The notes under the pieces: model-generated
The model's database searches: none
Told to the model about the DNA's origin: nothing
What the model saw: the letters and a program-made list of their open reading frames with translations, nothing else
Source: Balanoglossus misakiensis
Lineage: Eukaryota > Animalia > Hemichordata
Assembly: GCA_040954595.2 (NCBI GenBank)
Contig: CM082578.2
Coordinates: forward strand, 11,477,166 to 11,541,165
Direction: 5' to 3'
Length of the DNA stretch: 64,000 bases
Made by a program: the position numbers and the translations under genes
In this document: positions 15,001 through 33,500 of the stretch, piece by piece
Position numbering within the stretch: position 1 is the stretch's first letter
How the letters are laid out: each line of letters begins with the position of its first letter

Positions 15001-16500
15001 TCGACTTGTTAAATTGAAATAGAGTGACGCAATATTCACGTCTGTGTGACATGTAATTACGAAAGCGTGGGAAACTATTATCTTTCACACTTATTCACGG
15101 AAACTGGCACGTATGCTGCCACCTTACACAGCGTGGCTGTGGTGATATTACGAACATGTACTGCTGTCGCATGACCAGAAACATACAGCTGCATGGTAGA
15201 GCCCCGAATCATTGACATTCCGTCCGTGCTTAGTATAGTGAGACGACATATTACTGGTTGCATTACAATCAAAAAATAGTAAACAAAAGTAAACAAAAAA
15301 ACAGGAAAACATTTTTAAAATAATAGTACCAATAAAATTATGAAACTACTAAAATACACCATTTCACACCCATGGCCCTGTAAATTACACGTTCAAAGCA
15401 GGGTAAGCATATTTATATGCGCATTTAGGCATCTCGGGTAAGTGTAATACCAAGTAACGTGATATAACTTTATTTGAAACTAAAATCACGAAAATAGTGT
15501 GGAACCGAAACATAGTCGCTACAGATTTACGCCAATCCAGAAATAAAGTGTTATATGCACATTCATGCACGATCGTGAGATATACAAAAAAATCAAGTTG
15601 TATTAGTAAATTTATCTCCAATTATTGTGATGCAGGAATAAAATAAGCGCCGTGTAGTCTACTCGTGTATTTTTTAAAAATAGAGCATTTCTCCCTTGTC
15701 GTGGCTTTCTGGGAAATCAGAACAATGTTAACGGTTGCCGCTGACACTGCGGCAATAGATCAACGTATCTTTACACCGGTAACAATGATGACTACGAACT
15801 AATATTGGCCTGTCCAATTCACGTTGCGCAGACATGTCGAGCAAAACGCGTTTTAATCTACACTACATAGTGGAGGATATTGCAAACTGGCTTTTTGTCA
15901 TTAAAGTTCGGCTGTGTATTGACAGAACTTGGCCAGAGGCAGGGACTCTCGCGACATGATTGACACCTGGTGGCATTTTTTCAGACGAGTCGCTTCGGAT
16001 GATTTCTGTAATCCTACAGCCAAATCCCCCGTGATGCTTATCTCGGCTATCAAATGGCTTAGATGCAGATTATATGACCTTCTTGCTGGCTGTTAGTCCG
16101 TATCTCTCCATCGCTATTCTGGGATGATATTAGAAGGCTGATAACCATAGATACGATCTCTGACGAACCAAATTGCACATCGCATTGCAAGGGATGAATG
16201 AATGAAATGAGTGAATCAGCCGAGTCCATTCTCCGCTGAAATCAACGAGGGCGCACATCTGGCAGCAGGCAAGGGCTCGGGTCGATGGTTTCCTATTTGT
16301 AGCTAAAGAGGACGCTCGTGCAAGTTCTAAATCTCCCTAAGAAATATCAGTTGCGTGGACAACTGCGTCAATGACACATTCCACTATACAAGGGGAATTA
16401 TGGAAACGTTGCGTACTTGTCCCGAACACCATGTCCCTGATTGCACAAAAATGTATCATTGAACAGCTTCAATATATTTTCATGTTGCGAACACGTGTGG
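1..16500. other. Gene-free, CpG-rich non-coding block (putative cis-regulatory landscape)
   Basis: No ORF with recognisable protein character and no coherent exon chain. CpG is visibly frequent (about 3 per 60-nt line at 16081-16320), whereas many lines of the neighbouring SEC61A introns have none. GATA, homeodomain and CSL-like words are common. Confidence 0.55.
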
Positions 16501-17397
16501 AAACACAAACACACAACATACACCTCAATGAACACTCCGAGATAACAGAATAGTGTTTCTTAGGTTTTTAATGTTTTTGTGGGAAAAAAACTTCACATAA
16601 CTTGACAAACGTACTGACAAAGCAAATGATCTTAATCTTTCACTTTTCCAATTTCTCTTTGGCCGGTGGTATGAAAATTTGTGCCAGACATACAATGACA
16701 AACTTATTTTAATTAAAAAGAAACTTTGATTTTTTTTTGGTGTGATTGTGCTGTGTTTGGACTTCCACAAACAGTCATAACTGTAACAGACCATGATTTA
16801 AAAATATAAAGGGATGTTTCTGCTCATACTGTTGTATCTTAGCTACCAAGATAACTTCATCATGCTTATGTTTTCAGTTATGGCACCCCGCCCTACAAAT
16901 GCACTGTATGTAGAGTGGTCCAAGTTCTTGCTAATTGTTATATGGGACATACCATATGGAAATGGGTGAAAACAGGTTAATTAATGGAGAGGAAAATACA
17001 ACACAAGGCCCAATGCAGCCATGACTGGTAGCCGATTTGCCCAAGAAGTAAAAGCTCTTTTTTTTACAACTTTGCTAAGACTGTCACACACCGAGGACTG
17101 ACTGATAATGTTTACATTCATGGAAAGTTCTTGGAGTTTTGCCTCACCACATCAGATGCAAAGAGGTGGTAAATATCTCAGTGGATTTTCAGTAAATTAT
17201 TTCCTACATTTAATTTTTTTTCGTCAACTCTGCAGTTTTATGATTAATATTTCCATCCCACATTGCAACTAACCTGATGGGAACAAAACACAGATACAAA
17301 ATATTCAAAATCTGAGCTTAATATTTTTGTTGTTTTTTTTACTTGTGGATAAAATTCATTATTTCGATAATCTTTTCATAGCCAAGTCTTTTTGGTC

Positions 17398-21877
<4,480 letters not shown>

Positions 21878-22470
21878 CTTGACCTGTATCTGGTTTCAAC
21901 AAAATGTACAGAAGACAAGATCAACAGTGAAAACTGGACCAAAATCTGCCAAGCTGTGGCAGAAACAATGGCCAATATTCAAAATGGCTGTACGAAAGGG
22001 ACTGTCACGTGACCAAGCCTGTAAAACCCCCTAAGTTTTCAGAGGGTTTAGCTCCGCCGTGACTGGTATATTTTGAACTTACAACAACGTTAAAATGCAA
22101 TATTTTCAACAATATATCGTAATTTCAATAAATCATTGTACAATTTTTTTATATCCGAGGAAGCGCTGTTGTTGTTGTTTACATATATACCTAATAGCCA
22201 TATTATAAAATAGGCTCAACTTACGTAGACTTCACTTCCCCATGACGAGTGATGACGTAAAAGGATCACAAAAGATGTGAGAAAGACCCGAGAAGTGGGA
22301 ATATAGAAAGTGTGAATGGGAAAGGCGGGTGTTGCATAAAACACAAGCTGGTGTCTGCCCGTATTAATCAACTTTTGCGGCAAAGGGAAACTTTCGTGTT
22401 AATGCTGTAGCGGCCGCGACTAACATTTGTGCTCGAACTTCAGAGAAACCCAAACATCCGAAGACCAAAC
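21878..22470. promoter_or_regulatory. Bidirectional promoter region SEC61A / C2-domain gene
   Basis: Divergent ATGs ~590 bp apart with local CpG enrichment. Motifs: palindrome GTCACGTGAC (22004-22013), YY1-like CAAAATGGC (~21980), GATGACGTAA (22251-22260). Confidence 0.6.
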
Positions 22471-25115
22471 ATGGGAGGCAATATGTCTTCGAAAACAACT
22501 TCGGACCAGATTGGATCTGATCCTAACAGGGTCCAAGGAATGGCACGGCTGATGACGGCAGGGCCACGAAAGAGAAGGCCACAAAATGTGCACCCGCTGT
22601 TTAAAATGTTAGAGGCGGAAGAAGAGCAACACGACTATGAAAAGGTATACAGAATATTAATTTGAAATGGACTCAGTGAAGACGCAACAAATATAAACAT
22701 TAGTTGTCATGAAACTGCATTCTCTATTGTTTATTCATGTTTCAGAAACGACAATTTTTGAGATAGTCCACTTTAGGTTTTAGTCTGCTGGATTATCCTT
22801 TATTAACAATAATTGTATTCATAACGTGAAACATGCTGGTAACTGTGGTTCTAAAAATATCACAAAAGTCAACAGGTGTCACCATTACATGGCAAGCTAA
22901 AAATGGTTACCTCTGGTAATTTTTAGTTGTCAATTACAATGTGGAGTCACAATTCTATGTTCCTTTTTGTTATAAGAATAAATACATATATGAATACATT
23001 TTCACCATGTTTAAAGAGTCGTTTGAAGTCGTGTTTTTGAAACCATTGTTTAAAATTAATTGCCACCACGAACGTAGAATAATAACTTTGGTGATAACTG
23101 TTCATTTACTTCCTTTAGCAAAGCATGTACTTGCTGAAACATCTGTTCAAGAAGATGGACCCCACTGTGATGAAAACCATAGCAGATGTGCGGGGTGAAA
23201 TAAAACTGTCCTTCAAATATGACAAGTACAAAACTTTGTTACTGATCAAGCTAGTGAGTGCCAAGGAACTAGTTCCCAAGGATCTCAGTGGAAAAGATGC
23301 TGATCCATATGTCAAGGTTTGTTTCCTCATGTTCTGTTTTAATCAGGGATGCTGTGTTTATGGCCGGCATTAGCAGCTGACGAAACAATGTAGCTTGAAT
23401 ATGGTGTGATGCCTTCTATTGTAGCGCATGGGAATGAGCTAGCAAAGTGTTCCATTTTAAATCACAAACCAAACTGCCTTGGTTGTGCAATCATGAACTT
23501 AACATGATGGTGGTCTTTTCTTTTCAGTTTGAACTGATTCCAGATGAACATTCCGAGGGCATCAAGAAATCCAGTACAGTCGAGAACACGCTGTTTCCAA
23601 CCTACAATGAAATATTTACTTTCAAGCTGCAAGAGGAAGATTTGGCAGCTTCCAAACTGAGGGTTCAAGTGTGGGACAAGGACATTTTCGGCAAAGACGA
23701 CTTCATGGGAGAAAAAATTATCAATCTCAGTGAGGTGGACTTCAATGAAGTATTCACCAGCTGGTATGAACTGCAAGCTGAGGTATTTAATTTACATGTA
23801 TTTCCTAATTATAAAAACATGGCAGAAAATGTAAAAAAGATGGCGCATCAAGTGCCACATAAGATAACCAAAACAGTGACAAATAACCTCACTATTAAAC
23901 TCAAACTAATTTCATGCTTTAGGATGTTTAGAAGTCTGTTAATTACTCTTAGCCATGTACATAAAAATCAGCCCCACCTTTACTAATCATTTTAATTCTT
24001 GATTTTTCAGACTGATCTGAGTATCACAGGAGACCTGAAAATTACCCTTGAATACCGATTACCACAGACGATGCTTGTGACCGTACACCGTGCCCATGAC
24101 TTGGTGAGAAGAGACCCAGGACATGATCCCGATCCCTATGTCAAGATTATGGTGCCCGGCCTGCAACATATATACAAAACTACGGTCAGTAAATCTTTGT
24201 GTTTCTATTCAAATTGTTCATAGTTGAATTATAAGCACGTTCTTCATATAGACATGTAGTATCATACTCAATCTGATCTTTTTTGTTGTTATTTTTCTTT
24301 ATTTGACAGGTTTTGAAAGGCACACATGACCCTGAATGGGAGGAGACGTTTCAGTTGGATATTCCACAGGAAGAAATTACAGAAAGGTATAATTGTACCA
24401 TGGCTCCTTTTGAAGTTTGCACTCAATTTTATACGCAGCAATGTTTAACACAATGTTTGTATTATTACACTTTACCATGATGTTTAATGATCGTCTTCCT
24501 TCCCACAGATATATCGTGTTTCATATACTGGACATGAATGGTGACAATGACTCAATGGGGCAGGTGTACATCGATCTGGAAAATTTCAGCATTGATGATG
24601 GCTACAGTGGCAAGTTTGCATTAGCCGATCTGGTAAGCCACCCCTCACTTCAAAACGTTGGCCAGGTTTATGTGTATTTTTCAAACATTTCAAAGTAATA
24701 CTGAGATTAACACAACTCGCTGAGCATGACATTGTTACAGTCATACAGTGACAAGAGATTGTTTACTGTTAATTGCAGAAAAATAACTACCGTGTCAGGA
24801 GTAAGTGGTCTCAGAAAGCATTGGTCCAAGAATTGAAAGAGGCCATGTATGCCCATGCTGTGTACAAACAACCAGGTTTTCTCTTCAACAAGCAAGAAGG
24901 CAGCAAGGTCAGTGACAATGAAGAGTAGAAAACCAGTTAAATGGATCCATGTGTATGTCATTTTTATGTAAATAACTTGAACTGTTGAATGTTATGGTAG
25001 ATAGAGTTACCTCTATTGACGAAGATGATATTTTGTTTTCTAGGTTCTAACAGTTCAAAACAAGCATGCTGGAACATCAACCAAGTTACGGATTGTCGAT
25101 GGAGTACCTTTGTAA
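22471..25115 (+). CDS. Tandem C2-domain (synaptotagmin-like) protein, ~400 aa, no transmembrane segment, predicted N-myristoylated
   Basis: Eight in-phase exons: 22471-22644, 23119-23316, 23528-23782, 24011-24184, 24310-24386, 24509-24632, 24779-24907, 25044-25115. C2A: RGEIKLSFKY..KDLSGKDADPYVK..PTYNEIFTF..VWDKDIFGKDDFMG..WYEL. C2B: GDLKITLEY..DPDPYVK..DPEWEETF..ILDMNGDNDSMG. N-terminus MGGNMS. Confidence 0.88.
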
Positions 25116-25858
25116 TGAAGCAAAGCCCTACAGGCAATATTTCAGTCATTTACATTTCAAGAAGCTGTACCGTCCTGTATATGTACATTCAAAAGTATAT
25201 TGCTGAAGGCATTTTATCTAAAATTGTGTAAAAACTCGACCTGACCAGTTCACCATAATTTACTGTAGGATTGGTCATAAGCTGAGGATAACAAGGGTAA
25301 TACTGTGACAAGATCTAAAGTTTTACATTTAAATACGCTAAACCTCTTCATCCCTCTTAATGTTAATTGTTAGATTTCACTGATATACACAGAAATATGA
25401 GTGACAGGGTTAAAACTTGAGTGCTTGATATGTACATTGCATATCAATATGAATAATTGTCCATTCTACTACAAATCAGATTTCTATAACCATGAATATT
25501 TCTACCCAGATATAATTTTGTTCTTGTATAGACATAGTTATATGACAATGACATAAAGGACATTTCTGTATTCAAGTGTATTTTGTGAGTGTTTTGTCAG
25601 CCACTTGATTGAGATTGTTAAAATTGATCCTAAATCTGGTTCACAATATGTATTGACAGCTGCAATATTAGCTGAATGATTGAGGATTGACTTCTTCCAA
25701 GTGGACATTCTCAGAAAAACCTGATAAATTTTCCGACATAACTTTTAGATTGCCAGCTTTTTTATAAGTTAAACAAAAGAATATTTACTAGGGTGAAAAA
25801 ATGAAGGAGAGAAATGGATAATAAAAGAATTATTGAAGATGATGTAAATTGGACAAAG

Positions 25859-25866
25859 AAAAAAAA
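25859..25866 (-). terminator. Pol III oligo-T terminator of the tRNA gene
   Basis: T8 run on the minus strand, 12 nt downstream of the tRNA 3' end. Confidence 0.75.
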
Positions 25867-25878
25867 GATTAATTGGTC

Positions 25879-25951
25879 AGCCCCCTGTGAGATTCGAACT
25901 CACGACCCCTGGTTTACAAGACCAGTGCTCTAACCACTGAGCTAAGGAGGC
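25879..25951 (-). tRNA. tRNA-Thr(TGT)
   Basis: Reverse complement GCCTCCTTAGCTCAGTGGTTAGAGCACTGGTCTTGTAAACCAGGGGTCGTGAGTTCGAATCTCACAGGGGGCT. Acceptor stem GCCTCCT/AGGGGGC, anticodon stem CTGGT/ACCAG around TGT, T-loop GTTCGAATC; no intron. Confidence 0.97.
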
Positions 25952-26800
25952 GTCACTTGTCCAGAGCAGCAATATATCGTGACTTGAATCAAATCATTAG
26001 CTGACTACAACCATGTTTTGTGCATTAATTTTCTAGCAGGAATAAAGTCACGAGAAAACTGAATGGTCTAAGAAAGGAGATCGTCAGGAAACGTAATCTT
26101 CGCCGTCGGTTTACACCTACTGTACGGGCACCGTATATAGCGCCACGACCATAGTTGGCCACGCCCTTCACCAACAGCGCCCCCAATCGACCAGTAATCT
26201 GCATAGAAGCTCGATATCAAACCTACTTTACTATGTGAAGCATGAACAAATGTACTGATTTGAGAGTTGAAGTAGCGTCGACCAGTGGTATTTTCGAGAT
26301 TACCTTATGAAGTCGTGCCTTCCTACTTCCAAGATATACTAAAGAACATTATCCCAAGTAAATACCTTTCTGACAGATGCAATTTCTAGTATCATAATAC
26401 TACAACTGCAGATCATTCCAAGACACATACAAATGTCATCACATTTAATTTAATTCTAGAAAGATTTATAAACGACAAAAAAAGATGTTCGTGAAGGTAA
26501 ACATTTTATTTTATAGAAAATTAACACCCTGGTGCACATTTACTACTCTGTATGCATGCATGCATGCACTCATTGAAATCCAGCATTCACTGTCACTTTC
26601 ACCTCAGACACACCAATTCTCATACAAGCTTCCTGCGTCACTTCTTTCATTTCAACCATCACACTGATTTCTAGTTTGACTTCTGAGAGTATTCGTTACA
26701 ATCTTGCTACAGTATATAAGAGTCAATATTCAGAAGATGTTGATAATGTATTGCAAAGCTTACAAATTCACTCGCCCTACAGTGATTGAGCAAGTTAAAG

Positions 26801-26840
26801 CATAGACACTTGAAACAAACACCTGTTTCAAGTGTCTATG
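26801..26840. mobile_element. 40-bp perfect inverted repeat, candidate minimal MITE (P-superfamily-like ends)
   Basis: CATAGACACTTGAAACA-aacacc-TGTTTCAAGTGTCTATG, flanked by GTTAAAG and GTCAAAG (7-bp direct repeat, 1 mismatch). Confidence 0.55.
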
Positions 26841-26994
26841 GTCAAAGGCATGAGTGAATGTTGTTGTTGTTTTTATCATCAAAATCTAAATGAATAAATA
26901 CTGCCAGAAGTTCACTTCTTTATACACATTTTGTGTAAAAACACAAGATCTAAAATAGCACATTCCGCAGATTTTAAGATTCTCAATAAAAATT

Positions 26995-29747
<2,753 letters not shown>

Positions 29748-29915
29748 TTACAAATATGCGGGGAAAAACATGCGCAGCGACCTTTCACCCGAAAGAACAC
29801 ATTTCTAAATGTCGTAAAGAAAAGCGGTTGCCATTGGTTAGAATAGTCCGCCGCCATCACTTATTCTCGCGTTGGCCAATCAAACCATCCGTTCTTCCGA
29901 CTGGTAAGAAGTATG

Positions 29916-29930
29916 GTAACCCCTAGTAAC
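29916..29930. promoter_or_regulatory. RFX X-box in the RUVBL1/CCDC146 bidirectional promoter
   Basis: GTAACC-CCT-AGTAAC fits GTNRCC(N0-3)RGYAAC. Nearby: CCAAT box (~29876), YY1-like AATATGGCGG (~29736), and a probable non-coding first-exon donor GTAAGT at ~30079. Confidence 0.6.
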
Positions 29931-30576
29931 TCCCTATTTATGTTATTGTCAGCCATTTTACACGGATTTTAAACGCCTCTTACGAAAATTCCATGCGGAT
30001 AACCACGTAGTAGGGCATATCTAGCCCTTATTCAATATTTTAGGAACGTCGGCGGATCTCCGCTACGTATTTTCTGTGGTAAGTGTAAGAATGAGAACTG
30101 ATTACCCGTGGTTTGGTAGAAAAAAATCAGCCAGTCACCATCATTCACTGCACATTGCTATTGCTGGATCGACGAGCATTCGCCGTTCGCGTTGAGGAAA
30201 GGACATGCGTCGAATCTCATTCCAAAATGACACCGCCAGACAACCTTTTCGAGTAAAACGTTATTTTATTTTCTGACGACAACATTCTTTGAATAGTGGC
30301 AGTATCCGCAGTCGCGAGTGACTGAGTGACACTGACAACGTATACGAGACCACTGACCAGGCCTTTCACTGGTTGGGATCAGACATTGCCAATGCCTATG
30401 GTGATCCTAGCCAGTGATAGTGACAAAGGGTTGTTCACACTCAACGTAATGGTTTTGATTACTTCATAAACACCACAGTCCATCCCATTCTCACATTTGT
30501 CGCCAATATGTCCTAACCCCAGTCGTGATCTTTATTTCATGTCATTTCAGCTGACTGCAAAGAAGGTGTAGTCATC

Positions 30577-33500
30577 ATGAGTGCCGAGCACAGTGGAGAC
30601 GAGGGGGAGCCTCGTGAACCTGAAACAGCCATTGTGCCTGTGGCTCCAAAAGTAGTTTTACAGGAGGAAAATCAAGTGGAAGTCTCTGCAAGTCCTGCTT
30701 TCCAGTGCCTCGATGAGGTAGATCATTTACACACCTTCATACAATAACAAAAGGAAAGAATTTACATCACCATGCCAACTCTTCTAAGACAAAACATATG
30801 TTTGTCTAACTGAAACTCTGGACTTTACAGTTTGAAAAACAAGAGTTCACGTTTTGTCATTTTTGTACTTACTCTAATATCATCAAGCATAATTACTCCA
30901 CTCACTTATTATAATTCTGATCTACCCTCAGCTCTTCAAGGAAGGAAAACTGACTGGTACAAAAGTGGCCCTTTTAAAGGCCAAATACACAGACCTTTAT
31001 AAAACATTAGCAAAGTAAGTAATGTTGATTGATTTTGTTTTCCCTTTTTCTCTGTGCTCATATTAGAATCAGGATTTATAGAAACTGTCCAATCTCATCT
31101 GCCTACATTCTGGACGACATATGGAAACTCCCATAAAGTTCAGATTTCAGAACAGAGATTATGTATGATAAGGATATAATTTCATCTTTTTTGTCCTTTA
31201 TCCACTGAAACCGTATAATGTGTGTTGCTTTGTAGAACACGTGAATCTGAAGCAAGACTTCTGAAAGAGGCGAAAGAGAACACAAGTGAATTGGAGAGAC
31301 AGAGAACAGAGTTGGAGAAAGCTGACAACTTCCCAGAAAGTTCCAACACTGAAGTGACCAAACTCAGGACACAGTTGCTTAAACACAGGAACGAGTTTGA
31401 TGAAACAGAAGAAAGAAATTTTCAATATGATTTCAAAATGGAAAGGTACACCAATGGCTCTTGATTTGATGTGCACTAGTTTAGGATTAGAATTTGATCT
31501 GCTAAATCATAGATATTGGAATTTCTCAAGCGCCTATGATTAAATACATCACAGTTATTTCAATTTACTGTATATCTAGGAAAGATGCAAGTTTCTTGTC
31601 AGTAACATTCTGTACATCTGGTATGACTTACTACATACGATTTCATGTAAATGTTAACTTCATCACATTTCTTATTGTTTTCGTACAGCTTACAAGAAGA
31701 AAAAAGAATGCTGGAGAGAGAATATGCACGCATGCCCAAGAAAGAGGAAATTGACAAGCAGACCAAGGAACTGGAGAAAAATATTGGCGAATTGAGAGTT
31801 GAAATTTCACAGAGACAAGTAGAAGTGAAAAATCTCAATGAGGAATTAGATAACAGGCACAGACAGGTTGATATTGAACTGAAAGATCTGGAAAAGGAAG
31901 TTGAGAAAATGGAAAATTTGAAAGGCGAACTTGTGCAAGTGCAGACTTTACCTGGACAGTACATCAAAGAAATGGACAGAATGAACAAACAAAGAAAGTA
32001 AGAAAATTGATCACTTTTATTATACTGTGTATATTATTGTGAAATGTTTCAGAGAAAACAAAATTGTATGTTGGATAAACTCTATCCTGACCTCTGTGCC
32101 TTGCCCATCCCAACAGTGAAGTTGAGAAGAAGCTGGCTGATCAGACTGAACAGTATACCGACTTGAAATCAGCATTAGAAGATGTGGAGGGCAAGAGAAC
32201 AACGCTGGACGACGACAAGTTCGACATGGACAGTGAACTTGACAAGCAACGGGGCAAAGTTGACGGACAGCAGCGGGAATTTGACGGCCTGATGAAAGAC
32301 TACGAATATGCAAAGGAGAAGGAGGCAGTGTATCAGGGTGACAGGTGAGGCAACAGTGTCTGTGTGTTGGCATTAATTTTGAATTGAACTGCGACAGGGA
32401 AGAAACTTGTTACATTGTCGGTTTGAGGGTTTCAAGATCTCTAAATCATGCTATTACCGTACTCCTCCATATGTAAATTCTGACAACCTGGTTGATTGTC
32501 ATTGCTGATAGTCTGCGAAAATTGGACCTGGGGGTACTATGTTAAACCCGAAAATAAACTGTGTAACGATTTGCAGCTGTTCACGGTTATTCTTGTTTGT
32601 TTTTCAAATGTCACCAATTCCATTTCTGGGCTTAATACGCTTCCTGAGTGCATATATACATTTGTATTCACCATACAGAGCTACCCTAGACCTGAGTCTG
32701 AGACACATCCACCTTGAGAAGAAAAACCAGCATGACCTGCACGCCAGAAAACTCAGGGAGAAAGACAGAGACCTGAGAAATCTCAAGAAAACGGAACTGC
32801 AACTCAAAGTAGCACAGGAGAACCTGGCGCACACGCAGTCGGTGTTCGATAAAGTGAAATCACAGGCTGATGCAGCACCGAAAGATGATTCCTTGCTCGA
32901 CAAGAGAAAAGAATTGCAGAGGGAGGTGGATAACACAAAGAGGATGCTTGCTCAACAGGTGAGGATGTTGTTTTCGTGATTTGATTTTTTTACTGTAAAA
33001 AGAGAGTTAATGTGAGACAAAAAAGAAAAATGTGTTCAAGCTTCAATTTGCATCCATAACTTTGAACAATTAGAACATGACACATTGGTTAACACAAGAC
33101 AAATCTCTGAATATTCATGTGAGAAGAGTGTAACTTTATACTGAAATATTGTTGTCTTTCCGCAACGTAGAACTCACTCACTGCAGTGGAACAGGTCAAA
33201 GTTGAACAGAGCATTGCCGAGGAAGAGAGACTTCTGTATGAGCAAAGTGACTTGAGAATAGAGGTGGTAGAGTTGACGAGATTGGCGGCCATCAAGGCTG
33301 ACGAGAGAGAGCAGAAAGCCCGAGATTTTATGAGGGCTGAATTGAGGTACCACCGAGCGATCGAAGATCTGAAAACTAAAGACTTGGCTATATTAGACAA
33401 TAAGAAGAAATACAAAGAGATGACAGTCAAGTAAGAAAACTTGTTTTGTTGTTGTTGATGTTTTTTGGCTTGTATCTGTTATTGCACAGTTTTGGATTTT

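Noticed and set aside
26166-26206. CTCF-like (CAGCGCCCCCAATCGACCA) and octamer-like words upstream of the tRNA
   Set aside because: Both mismatch key consensus positions and cannot be supported without ChIP or conservation data.
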